Under the pieces are notes generated by a model, which was not told where the DNA came from, ran no database searches, and saw nothing but the letters and a program-made list of their open reading frames with translations. Position numbers and translations under genes: made by a program. A DNA stretch of 39,806 nt from Candidatus Iainarchaeum sp. (lineage in GTDB: Archaea; Iainarchaeota; Iainarchaeia; Iainarchaeales; GCA-2688035): positions 1-39,806 of the forward strand of contig NZBU01000004.1 of NCBI GenBank assembly GCA_002688035.1, in the 5' to 3' direction. Shown here piece after piece: positions 26,957 through 34,882 of this stretch (within the stretch, counting starts at the first letter, position 1; each line of letters opens with the position of its first letter).

Positions 26957-27937
26957 CTATGACTTGAACTTTATGTAAATTATTATGGCAATTGCGATGG
27001 GAATTATGAGACCAGCGATAAGTAATGGATCAGCACCGAATATTTTGAATGGTTGGGGAGTAAGGTTTGGATCAATAGGAGTTACACACAAATTGTTAAC
27101 ACAGTCCAGTCCTTCACTGCAACCGCCACAGGAAATGTTTTCACCACAATTGTTGACAGCCAAATCACACTCCAAACCAAGGTCTTGGCATGAAAAAGGA
27201 ATACAACATTCAACACCAGCACACCCACTTTCGCATTCAGTGGTTTTTAGTTCGCGGCATTCCCCATCAACAATACATTCATCCATTATATTGGTGTCAC
27301 ATTGGGGATATTTTCTTGGAACGCATTCGTTTCCGCAGTATTTTTCAACAGAAAGAGTTCCAATTGATTCAATAGTGGCATTACACATATCCTTTGTAAC
27401 AAGTTTTAGTTCGTGATTGACAAATACTCGATTGCACGTAAATGTTGCTTCAACAGAAGCTGATACTGTTCCAAGGCCTGTTTTAACTTGATTGAGGTCG
27501 CAATATGGAATAGATTCAAAATAAATATCTTTTATGAGTTGGTTGTCAGCAGCAAACCCTTCCACTACAAAGTTCTTATCAATATAGCCGATTTGATTCT
27601 TGGATGGCAGGTTTATGGATGGACTGGTGAGTGGCAATGGTTCACAGGTTATTTCAACGAAGGTTGTTTCATCCTGACAATCGGCTTTGCATCCTGTCTT
27701 ATATTCACCTGTTCTATCATCTACACAAACTTCTTCAACATCACATTCTTTGCGTTTATAACATTGCGGTCTCTCAGAACCATCCTCACAGTATAACTCG
27801 ATTGCGTTTTTGCCAAAGCACTTAACAGTAAAATTAAGGAGCTTTCCTCCGGTGTCCCCCTCACTGCAATAGAGAGCATAGGCTGAGGAAACAAACAGTA
27901 CAAGGAACAAAGCTAACAGTATTCTTTTGTATTGCAT
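26957..27937 (-). CDS. Cysteine-rich secreted/surface protein with signal peptide and C-terminal TM anchor.
   Basis: Signal peptide MQYKRILLALFLVLFVSSAYA. It has roughly 45 Cys, concentrated in the C-terminal half. The C-terminal ...PQPFKIFGADPLLIAGLIIPIAIAIIIYIKFKS (TM + basic tail) is architecturally like the protein at 32608-33132. Confidence 0.5.
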   Translation of the reverse strand: MQYKRILLALFLVLFVSSAYALYCSEGDTGGKLLNFTVKCFGKNAIELYCEDGSERPQCYKRKECDVEEVCVDDRTGEYKTGCKADCQDETTFVEITCEPLPLTSPSINLPSKNQIGYIDKNFVVEGFAADNQLIKDIYFESIPYCDLNQVKTGLGTVSASVEATFTCNRVFVNHELKLVTKDMCNATIESIGTLSVEKYCGNECVPRKYPQCDTNIMDECIVDGECRELKTTECESGCAGVECCIPFSCQDLGLECDLAVNNCGENISCGGCSEGLDCVNNLCVTPIDPNLTPQPFKIFGADPLLIAGLIIPIAIAIIIYIKFKS

Positions 27938-28020
27938 TGGATAAAAAAGGTGCAAACTGGTTAATATTTCTTTTTAGGGCAGGGGAACAATATTTAAGTA
28001 AGAATTGCACAAATATATTT

Positions 28021-29019
28021 ATGAAACCTCGAAAAAGGCCTCGTGCAAAAGAATTAAGGCCGCGTGCAAAAGGGCTGGCGCCAAAGAAAAAAGGCTATGG
28101 GACACAGCGAGCTCGCCAAATAGGTAATTATAGGAAAATAACCGCGCAAATTGTTGAAATGCTTAGAACTGCACCCGAACATACTGCTAAGAGCTTGGCA
28201 CGTGCAGGCATCCCATATGACACTGCGAATCGCATTCTTGCTGATCTTGAGAAAGCTGGAAAATATAAATCTCCGTTTGACAGGGCGAAAACCCGTGGGC
28301 CAAGAAGCAAAAAAGTGGTTAACAGGCGCAATTGGCTGTTGGACCAGTTTAATGCGAGGAAAACTGTCGAACAAATTATTGCAATGAAACAAAATCGTTT
28401 CACAAATCGCAGGCAGGTATACAAGGATATTTATGCTCTGCGTTTGGCCGGGAAAAAAGTAGAGGTTCCAATAAAAGACCCCGTGGCATTTGAAGTTGGC
28501 GCTATAGAGGTTTTAATTGAAACTAATCCAACAATTCGTAATGCAGAATTGAGAAAAAGAACCGGGTTGAAATCCACGGGGGTATTACGTGACAGACTTA
28601 GGCGAGCTGACAAAACAGTGTTGGATAAGAGAGTGGCCATGCATACAACCTCTTTTTCACGGGCGGAGATTGTCGAACAGAATGTGATAATAAAGAGAAG
28701 GGTATTGGCTGGGAATAAAAGTGCAGCGATAAGAGTTGAGCTGATGCAAATGCTCGGAGCAGACCTGAGTCTGTCCCAAATTAACCAAAGAATAACCGGT
28801 TCAAAATCTATGAGACAAGCTACTGCGGGAAAAAGAAAAAGCGGGCGAAGTAGGTTTACACAAGAAGTGGTTGCAAGGCAAAATAAAATAATTTTTGGCC
28901 TAGTTGCCAGAGGCAGGACTGCCTCACAGATTGTGGGTAAAAAAGGTTTGGAAGGTCTAACCCGAAAAGGGATTCAACACAGGATTACGAATAGAAATAG
29001 AAGTAAAAAGAGAAAGTAA
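28021..29019 (+). CDS. Highly basic protein built of ~5 tandem HTH-like repeats (putative DNA-binding or chromatin protein).
   Basis: 332 aa, extremely K/R-rich. Repeated segments such as TAQIVEMLRTAPEHTAKSLARAGIPYDTANRILADLEKAG, TVEQIIAMKQNRFTNRRQVYKDIYALRLAG and AIEVLIETNPTIRNAELRKRTGLKSTGVLRDRL each fit a helix-turn-helix pattern. ATG at 28021 with a TATA-like tatttaagta upstream. Confidence 0.5.
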   Translation: MKPRKRPRAKELRPRAKGLAPKKKGYGTQRARQIGNYRKITAQIVEMLRTAPEHTAKSLARAGIPYDTANRILADLEKAGKYKSPFDRAKTRGPRSKKVVNRRNWLLDQFNARKTVEQIIAMKQNRFTNRRQVYKDIYALRLAGKKVEVPIKDPVAFEVGAIEVLIETNPTIRNAELRKRTGLKSTGVLRDRLRRADKTVLDKRVAMHTTSFSRAEIVEQNVIIKRRVLAGNKSAAIRVELMQMLGADLSLSQINQRITGSKSMRQATAGKRKSGRSRFTQEVVARQNKIIFGLVARGRTASQIVGKKGLEGLTRKGIQHRITNRNRSKKRK

Positions 29020-29064
29020 TCTCTCAATATCATTTTAAAAAAAGAAAAAGATTGGAACCAGTAA

Positions 29065-29364
29065 TTATTCTTTGTCTTCTTTGCTGGGTTCCGGTATAAG
29101 TTGTTCTTTGGTTTCGGTTGCCATTTCTACTTGTTCTTCCTCAACAACACGCTGAATTGCTTTCAGTTCTTTCTCTCTGTCGCTAACGCGTTGGAGTGCA
29201 TAAAAATAAGCGTTGACTATTTCACCAAGATCAACCTTTCTTTTGAGGCTTGTTCTTGCAACATCCTCAAAGTACATTTTCACAAGCCTGTAGGCAACCT
29301 CTTCGTCAGGCAAACCAGACTGCTTCTTGTAAATAGTCCTTGTTACTGTTTTCTTCTTAGCCAT
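29065..29364 (-). CDS. Hypothetical small protein downstream of cdc6 (basic N-terminus, acidic C-terminal tail).
   Basis: MAKKKTVTRTIYKKQ...VKMYFEDVARTS... No family recognised. Co-oriented with cdc6. Confidence 0.4.
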   Translation of the reverse strand: MAKKKTVTRTIYKKQSGLPDEEVAYRLVKMYFEDVARTSLKRKVDLGEIVNAYFYALQRVSDREKELKAIQRVVEEEQVEMATETKEQLIPEPSKEDKE

Positions 29365-29429
29365 ACACAACCCCCATTTAACTCCACATAATTAATACGT
29401 TATATTACTTGAGGTTTAAGGCTTTAAAT

Positions 29430-30563
29430 TCATTTCGTTTGATCCAACTCCCTGAGAACTGCTGCCTTTGGCACTAAAAGCGAAATCTTTTTTGTTCGAC
29501 CCCTAACTCCTTTTCCAGTGAAGTTGGCCCTAATAAGATTTAGAGATTCGAGTTTTGAAAGCATTGAGCGGAAGCTTCTTGGAGTAAGAGGAGTGTCAAC
29601 AGAGGCAGAATATTTTTCCAACAATTCCCCACTACCTATTTCAGAGCTGCTTGGAACAAGCAATAATAGATTTCGCTCATGCTCTGAGAGCGAGGACACA
29701 TATTTTTTTAGACCGGATGCATCAACTTCTGCAAACACTTGTTGTAGGTGCTGAGGCAAAAGTTTTTTTACATTCTCCCTTTCGGCCAAGCGACCTGCTT
29801 TAAGCAGTGATTCAATTGCTATTCTGGCATCCCCGCCCAGCTTGGCAGCATGTGCGGCGGCAACATTAATCGCTTCTTTGTCAAGAGCGTTTGGGTGAAA
29901 TGCATATTGTGCGCGCTCGCGCAGGATGTCCTTTAATTGCATCGGAGAATATGGTTCAAATGTAATGCTTTGGTGCGCCAAACTACTTTTTACGCGCGCG
30001 TCAAGTTTTGTGGAGAAAGAAAAATCATTGCTTATAAGCACTAATCCAAATCCGTTTTTCTCATGCTCTACCACGCGCAGCAAATCATAGAATAATTTGC
30101 TTGCCTCATTCCCTTGGAGTAATTGATCAACCTCATCCAGGACAATAATTGGGGTAAATGAAGCGCGCTTTAAGGCAGCCAGCAACTTTGAATAGGCCTC
30201 ATCGGTTGCAATACCGCGTCTTGGAGTTGGCTCGCCCAAAAAATTGCTTATCTCTGTGAGCACACCATGCCTTGTATTGAATTCAAAGCAATTAAGGTAC
30301 AGGGATTTGGCCCTGTCCGAGAACTCCTCAAGTTCTTTTAAAACATATTTTACTGCAGCCGTTTTGCCTGTTCCACTCCGACCTAAAACAATTGAATTCT
30401 GTGGTTTTTTTCCTGCTGTAATCGGTTTTAGGGCAAAAACAAGGGAATCAATTTCGGCATCCCTATGTGGAAGCTTTTCAGGCACAAATTCGGGGTAAAG
30501 AAAGCGTTCATCCCTGAAAATAAGGTTTTCTTCACTCCCCCCTTCAAAAATATTCTTTGACAT
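29430..30563 (-). CDS. cdc6: Orc1/Cdc6 replication initiator (AAA+ with C-terminal winged helix).
   Basis: Walker A LGRSGTGKTAAVKYVLKEL, Walker B IIVLDEVDQL, sensor motifs. The start was chosen at ATG 30561-30563 (MSKNIFEG...). ~377 aa. Confidence 0.9.
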   Translation of the reverse strand: MSKNIFEGGSEENLIFRDERFLYPEFVPEKLPHRDAEIDSLVFALKPITAGKKPQNSIVLGRSGTGKTAAVKYVLKELEEFSDRAKSLYLNCFEFNTRHGVLTEISNFLGEPTPRRGIATDEAYSKLLAALKRASFTPIIVLDEVDQLLQGNEASKLFYDLLRVVEHEKNGFGLVLISNDFSFSTKLDARVKSSLAHQSITFEPYSPMQLKDILRERAQYAFHPNALDKEAINVAAAHAAKLGGDARIAIESLLKAGRLAERENVKKLLPQHLQQVFAEVDASGLKKYVSSLSEHERNLLLLVPSSSEIGSGELLEKYSASVDTPLTPRSFRSMLSKLESLNLIRANFTGKGVRGRTKKISLLVPKAAVLRELDQTK

Positions 30564-30623
30564 ATAGGCAATAGTAGTGCAAAAGAAGTTAAAATATTTT
30601 GCAGACAAACAGATATTGGTAAT

Positions 30624-31451
30624 ATGGTTAAAAGCGAGTTATTATTTGGAACTGCAGGCGTGCCACACTCTGCAAAAGCGAGGAGTTCTGTTGAAGGAAT
30701 TGAGAGAATTAAAGAGCTTGGTTTGGATGCAATGGAACTTGAGTTTGTTCGCGGAGTAAATATGGGAAAAGATACTGCAAGAGCAGTAAAGAAAGTTGCG
30801 GTTGAAAACAAAGTTGCGTTGAGCGTGCACGCACCATACTATATTAATCTGAATAGCGAGGACAAAAAAAAGACAGAGGCAAGTAAGAAGAGAATCTGGG
30901 ACTCGCTTGTTGTGGGGGAAGAAGCAGGAGCAGAGATTGTTACTTTTCATCCAGCATATCTGGGAAAGAGTTCAAGAGAAGAGTGCATACAAGCTGTGGA
31001 AAAGGCCCTGGAAGAGTTGTTAGAGAAACTTGAGAAAGAGGACATGCAAATAAAGCTTGCTCCAGAAACAACAGGAAAGAATAGTGTATTCGGAAGCCTG
31101 AAAGAAACACTAGAATTGTGCAAGAGATTAAAGGGTGTGCAGCCAATGATTGATTTTGCACACTTGCATGCGCGGTGCAATGGCTGTCTTAAGGATAAGA
31201 AAGATTTTTTGGAGTTGTTGAATAGAGTCCCTGCCACATATCTGAAGAGACTGAGGATGCACGTGAGTGGAATAAACTATAGTGATAAAGGCGAGAGAAA
31301 TCATTTGAACATGAGTGAAGCGGACTTTGCATACAAGGAGTTCTTGAAAGCTTTGAAGGCCAAGAAAGTTGCCGGCGTGATTATTTGTGAGTCCCCTAAT
31401 TTGGAGGGAGACGCACTGTTGATGAAAGAGGAATGGAAAAGAATTACTTAG
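30624..31451 (+). CDS. nfo: Endonuclease IV (AP endonuclease family 2, xylose-isomerase-like TIM barrel).
   Basis: LGLDAMELEF...LSVHAPYYINL...TFHPAY...LAPETTGKNSVFGS...IDFAHLHAR match Nfo metal-binding motifs. 275 aa. Confidence 0.8.
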   Translation: MVKSELLFGTAGVPHSAKARSSVEGIERIKELGLDAMELEFVRGVNMGKDTARAVKKVAVENKVALSVHAPYYINLNSEDKKKTEASKKRIWDSLVVGEEAGAEIVTFHPAYLGKSSREECIQAVEKALEELLEKLEKEDMQIKLAPETTGKNSVFGSLKETLELCKRLKGVQPMIDFAHLHARCNGCLKDKKDFLELLNRVPATYLKRLRMHVSGINYSDKGERNHLNMSEADFAYKEFLKALKAKKVAGVIICESPNLEGDALLMKEEWKRIT

Positions 31452-31698
31452 GCTTTGACCTGGGCCACATTTCGACTATAATCTGAAGCAGGGTTCCGGA
31501 GAGACTACTGCTAAAAGAGTAATAACCCTTCCGTCTCCTTAGCGTTTTTATATTCCAATCTATAAGACTTCTTTATGCAAAGTTTTAATAAATCTTTAAG
31601 GGTGGTTAAATGCCGACTTTGATTGATATTAAGGGAACGCTCTACTGCTCCATTCCGAAATGGGAAGCAGTCCGTTTGGGCTGGGAGAAGGGGGATGA

Positions 31699-32568
31699 AT
31701 GACAGAACCAATACCGCCATACATTAAACGAAATTTCATTTTGAGGAAAGTTTGGACTGACCCCAGACGAAAGAACAAGGGAATAAGTTTACTATTCGTT
31801 GGGCGACTTGGCAGCGGAAAATCCTATGCGGGCTTGAGATTTTGTGAGGATCTGGACAAAGACTTCAGCATAGAGCGGGTTTGCTTTTCGGTCGAGGAAT
31901 TCCTTCGCTTAATCAAGGACGGCAACTTGCGACCAGGCAGTTGCATCTTGTTCGATGAGGTCAGCGGCAGTGAAGAGGGAGCAGACAGCCGAAGTGCTAT
32001 GACCAAAATAAACAAAATAATGGCATATGTCGTTTCGACAGTTCGCTTCAAACGCTTTGTAATTATTTATACCTCACCAACCACAGGCCGGATTGACAGT
32101 ATTATTCGCAGGGTCGGCATTGATGGCGTTGCAATCTTCAAGAAAGTGGATTTCAAGCGGAAGCGGAGTGTTGCGGATTTCCGCTGGAGCATGCTCGCAC
32201 CGCTTGACACAAGTAAATTGTATTTAAGCCATCCAAGAGTGCAAATGCCAAATAAGGAAATAGTTGAGATTGAACGCATTTTAATTTCTCTGCCATCAAA
32301 GAAATTGGCTGAAGCATATGAAAAAAAGAAGAATAAGTTCTTTGATGAAAATGTGAAGAGGTGGTATGCGGAGTTCTCTGAAACAAAGAGAAAATCGGCT
32401 TCACGAAATAAAATTAGTATCAAATCGATATACAAGAGAGCAATCAAAAGAATTGATTCATTGCTGGACGACAAGGGAAAACCTTCAATAGCAAAAATCA
32501 GGCTAAAATATAACCTTACCCAACGCAATGCCCAGCAAATTAAAGCATTGTTAAGTGAAAAAAAGTAA
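31699..32568 (+). CDS. P-loop NTPase of the Zot / viral-plasmid NTPase type (function unknown).
   Basis: Walker A VGRLGSGKSY. Walker B CILFDEVSG. It has a basic C-terminal region, and AGGGGGATGA (SD) is upstream. It has no similarity to the housekeeping ATPase families recognised elsewhere in the window. Confidence 0.55.
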   Translation: MTEPIPPYIKRNFILRKVWTDPRRKNKGISLLFVGRLGSGKSYAGLRFCEDLDKDFSIERVCFSVEEFLRLIKDGNLRPGSCILFDEVSGSEEGADSRSAMTKINKIMAYVVSTVRFKRFVIIYTSPTTGRIDSIIRRVGIDGVAIFKKVDFKRKRSVADFRWSMLAPLDTSKLYLSHPRVQMPNKEIVEIERILISLPSKKLAEAYEKKKNKFFDENVKRWYAEFSETKRKSASRNKISIKSIYKRAIKRIDSLLDDKGKPSIAKIRLKYNLTQRNAQQIKALLSEKK

Positions 32569-32607
32569 AATTGAAGAGCTGCCTAAAAAAAGGTTTGACG
32601 GGCGGCT

Positions 32608-33132
32608 TTATTTCTTTTTCCTGAACAAAAACATCGGCAAAGCGATTGCTGCTATTAATGCAATTATTCCTGTTGAGAGCTCCATTTCGTTGAATTCAAT
32701 TCCGAAGAATTCGGGGATGCAAGAAGCTTGTGGTGTGCAGGTGGTTCCAGTCCAGAAACAGCGTTTGTCTGTTACGCCAGTTTGATACTGTTTCTGGCAG
32801 GCTGTTTGACTAACACCGTTAAAATTGGTGCAGGCAGTTGTTGAGGTTGCATAGCCTGTAGCACAGCCTTTGCCCAAAGAACATGGTATATTGCAACCAG
32901 CGTTACCAAGTGTGCAACTGCCCTTTAGAGTATGCCAGTTACATGTGAAGCCTACCCCAATGGTATTAGTTATATGGTAATAGTTTTCACAAGTTGTAAT
33001 ATTTTTGCCATCACACTGGTTTACTGTTATACAGCCCCCAGTGGCTTGGGTGGTACAAGGCGTAACTGAGAGAATGTTCATGGCTGGAAACAGCACCAGC
33101 AAAACCAGTAACAACAGAATTCTTGCCCTCAT
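32608..33132 (-). CDS. Small Cys-rich secreted protein with a PEF-CTERM-like C-terminal sorting/anchor signal.
   Basis: The start was chosen at ATG 33130-33132 (MRARILLLLVLLVLFPAMNILS), which is a signal peptide. The mature part has ~20 Cys plus Thr/Gly. The C-terminus is ...CIPEFFGIEF...TGIIALIAAIALPMFLFRKKK (PEF motif + TM + basic tail). The ORF-track start at 33255 adds an unlikely 41 aa. Confidence 0.5.
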   Translation of the reverse strand: MRARILLLLVLLVLFPAMNILSVTPCTTQATGGCITVNQCDGKNITTCENYYHITNTIGVGFTCNWHTLKGSCTLGNAGCNIPCSLGKGCATGYATSTTACTNFNGVSQTACQKQYQTGVTDKRCFWTGTTCTPQASCIPEFFGIEFNEMELSTGIIALIAAIALPMFLFRKKK

Positions 33133-33140
33133 ACAGGATG

Positions 33141-33153
33141 TATATATATATAT
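33141..33153. repeat. A (TA)6T tract that doubles as a likely TATA box for the minus-strand gene starting at 33132.
   Basis: gtatatatatatatc lies 9-21 nt upstream of the ATG, giving a leaderless arrangement. Confidence 0.4.
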
Positions 33154-33540
33154 CTGGGAATTTAATGGTTTCGCCCCCAGAGGGGCAAGGGGGTGAGGGG
33201 GCAAGAAGCTCTGATTGAAAGCGAATAAAGAATGCGCCCAAAGAAGCGGCAACAATGATAAACAGGATGAACCTCTTTACAATAGAAAAGAGCTATGCAA
33301 AAAAGTTGAATAATAACATTAAAAGAAAGAATATAATTATTATTGCGACTGTGAATATTGCTATTGCGGTTATATCAAGGTTCATTAATGCAGGCAGAAA
33401 CTCTATACCAATAAAACCCACTGGATTCTGTACAAACCCGCTTAAGTCTAAAGCCATAGTATTCTCTATGAAAAAAGTAGTATATATTATTTACTAATAA
33501 AAAACAAAGATTCTTTAATTCTTTGAAACAGTAATAAAGT

Positions 33541-33831
33541 ATGGGGAATGAGGAAAAAGCCGAGGCTTCGCCTAAATTATTTGGAACTGTAGACACGGCG
33601 TTCGATAAATTCAGTAGTTATTTGAGTGACAGAATTTCAACATTTGTTGCTTTCTTGTTCTTGCTGATTTCTCTTGGGTCATTTTATGGTTACTATATTG
33701 TGCCAAGATTCCCACAATTTGATATTTACCTTTTGCTGACTCCCGTTGTTTTGGCATTAATAGCGTACTACAATAGGACTTTTGCCACAATACTTTTTGT
33801 ACTGCTTTTCTTCGTTGTACTAATACTTTAA
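33541..33831 (+). CDS. Small membrane protein (96 aa) immediately upstream of the membrane-anchored HTH regulator.
   Basis: Two or three TM helices. Its stop abuts the next gene. Confidence 0.35.
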   Translation: MGNEEKAEASPKLFGTVDTAFDKFSSYLSDRISTFVAFLFLLISLGSFYGYYIVPRFPQFDIYLLLTPVVLALIAYYNRTFATILFVLLFFVVLIL

Positions 33832-33840
33832 GTGATCATA

Positions 33841-34395
33841 ATGGATGAGATAACTCTTACTAGCACCGAATTTAAGGCACTGGCTTCCGAAACAAGAACA
33901 GGTATTGTGAAGCTATTAGGGAATAGAAACTATACCTTAAGCGAAATAAGCAAGAAAATGAATCTGGCTGCGCCAACCATAAAACAGCACTTGGCGTTAT
34001 TGGGAGATGCGGGCTTGACAGAGTGTATTGATGAGGGTAGGAAATGGAAGTACTACAGCCTGACAAAGAAGGGACACAGGATACTTGAGCCTGAAACAAC
34101 AGGCAATATTTTCATTGTACTGGTACTAAGCATTATTGGAATTCTCGCCGTATTATACTCATTTATTGGAAGCGGCACAATGAATCTGGCTGCGCCGGTC
34201 AAAGAATTTGCAGAAGACCGTGTGATGGAAACTGCTGCAGCAGGAACCCCTATGGCTGTTGAAAAGGGTGCTGAAACCATGGTGGAAAGCTTACCGCTTG
34301 TCACGATTATTCTGGAGAATGTGCCACTTGTAGTTGCAGTTCTGGCTTTCGGGGCAATAGCGGTTATTGTTGTAAACAGAATCAGAAAGAAATAG
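33841..34395 (+). CDS. ArsR/SmtB-type winged-HTH transcriptional regulator fused to TM segments.
   Basis: LSEISKKMNLAAPTIKQHLALLGDAGLTECIDEGRKWKYYSLTKKG is a classic ArsR HTH-wing. It is followed by a TM helix (IFIVLVLSIIGILAVLY) and a C-terminal TM (LVVAVLAFGAIAVIVV). The ATG at 33841 is preferred over the ORF-track GTG at 33832. Confidence 0.6.
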   Translation: MDEITLTSTEFKALASETRTGIVKLLGNRNYTLSEISKKMNLAAPTIKQHLALLGDAGLTECIDEGRKWKYYSLTKKGHRILEPETTGNIFIVLVLSIIGILAVLYSFIGSGTMNLAAPVKEFAEDRVMETAAAGTPMAVEKGAETMVESLPLVTIILENVPLVVAVLAFGAIAVIVVNRIRKK

Positions 34396-34481
34396 TTCCC
34401 TGTTTTTTTAAGTCTCTTAAATAGGTTGGGGGGCGTGATTTTGTATTCAGGAAGATACGTGATATTGTCCTTGCATGATAT

Positions 34482-34877
34482 TTACTCATAGAAGAAACAG
34501 ACTTCAACACAGTGTAAAATTTGTGTATATCTTTGGCTCTGACAACCGCGACAAAATCGTGGCCATACAACAGAAAAAGATTTCAGAGATTTGGAGTGAT
34601 TACTCTCCACAATTATTGTGAGTGTGGAGTTTTTGGCGCTAACAATCCACTTTCCAACCGGCCTGGCTTCCAAGCGTGCTGCAGATCCGTTTGAGAGAAA
34701 AGCCAAGCTGTCAGCAGTGTATTGCAATTCATTTGCAAAACTTTTGGCATTGCCAATGTCCACTGCAAAAAAAGCGAGTTCATGACTCTGTTGCAGAAGT
34801 GGAATCATTAAAGAGAAAAAGAAAAGAACTGCCGCCAAAAGCAAGAGATATTCTATACTGGCCTGTGCTTTCGGCAT
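34482..34877 (-). CDS. Type IV pilin-like protein with class III signal peptide (pilin 2).
   Basis: The ATG at 34875-34877 gives MPKAQASIEYLLLLAAVLFFFSLMIPLL. This has the K-A-Q cleavage motif followed by a hydrophobic helix, typical of archaeal prepilin peptidase substrates. The ORF-track start at 34886 is a TTG 3 codons upstream. Confidence 0.55.
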   Translation of the reverse strand: MPKAQASIEYLLLLAAVLFFFSLMIPLLQQSHELAFFAVDIGNAKSFANELQYTADSLAFLSNGSAARLEARPVGKWIVSAKNSTLTIIVESNHSKSLKSFSVVWPRFCRGCQSQRYTQILHCVEVCFFYE

Positions 34878-34882
34878 TGCAA

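Noticed and set aside
29371-30623. I looked for a replication origin (ORB/mini-ORB repeats and DUE) next to orc1/cdc6.
   Set aside because: The upstream spacer is only 60 bp and the downstream spacer is 59 bp. I found no repeated ORB-like dyads (e.g. TCCAGTGGAAA-like) in either. The origin is probably elsewhere, or this Cdc6 is not origin-linked. I cannot exclude it without a genome-wide repeat or skew analysis.
31452-31698. A tRNA or C/D-box sRNA in the long nfo-NTPase spacer.
   Set aside because: I found no acceptor/T-arm (GTTCRANTC) pattern and no RUGAUGA/CUGA box pairs on either strand. Only generic hairpins are present. The spacer is kept as a low-interest finding rather than a feature.
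33255-33596. ORFs 33255-33497 (+) and 33375-33596 (-) in the 400-bp AT-rich spacer.
   Set aside because: The sequence is AT-rich and low-complexity, and the two ORFs overlap each other. The plus-strand one has a single hydrophobic stretch and could be real, but the support is too weak to call.
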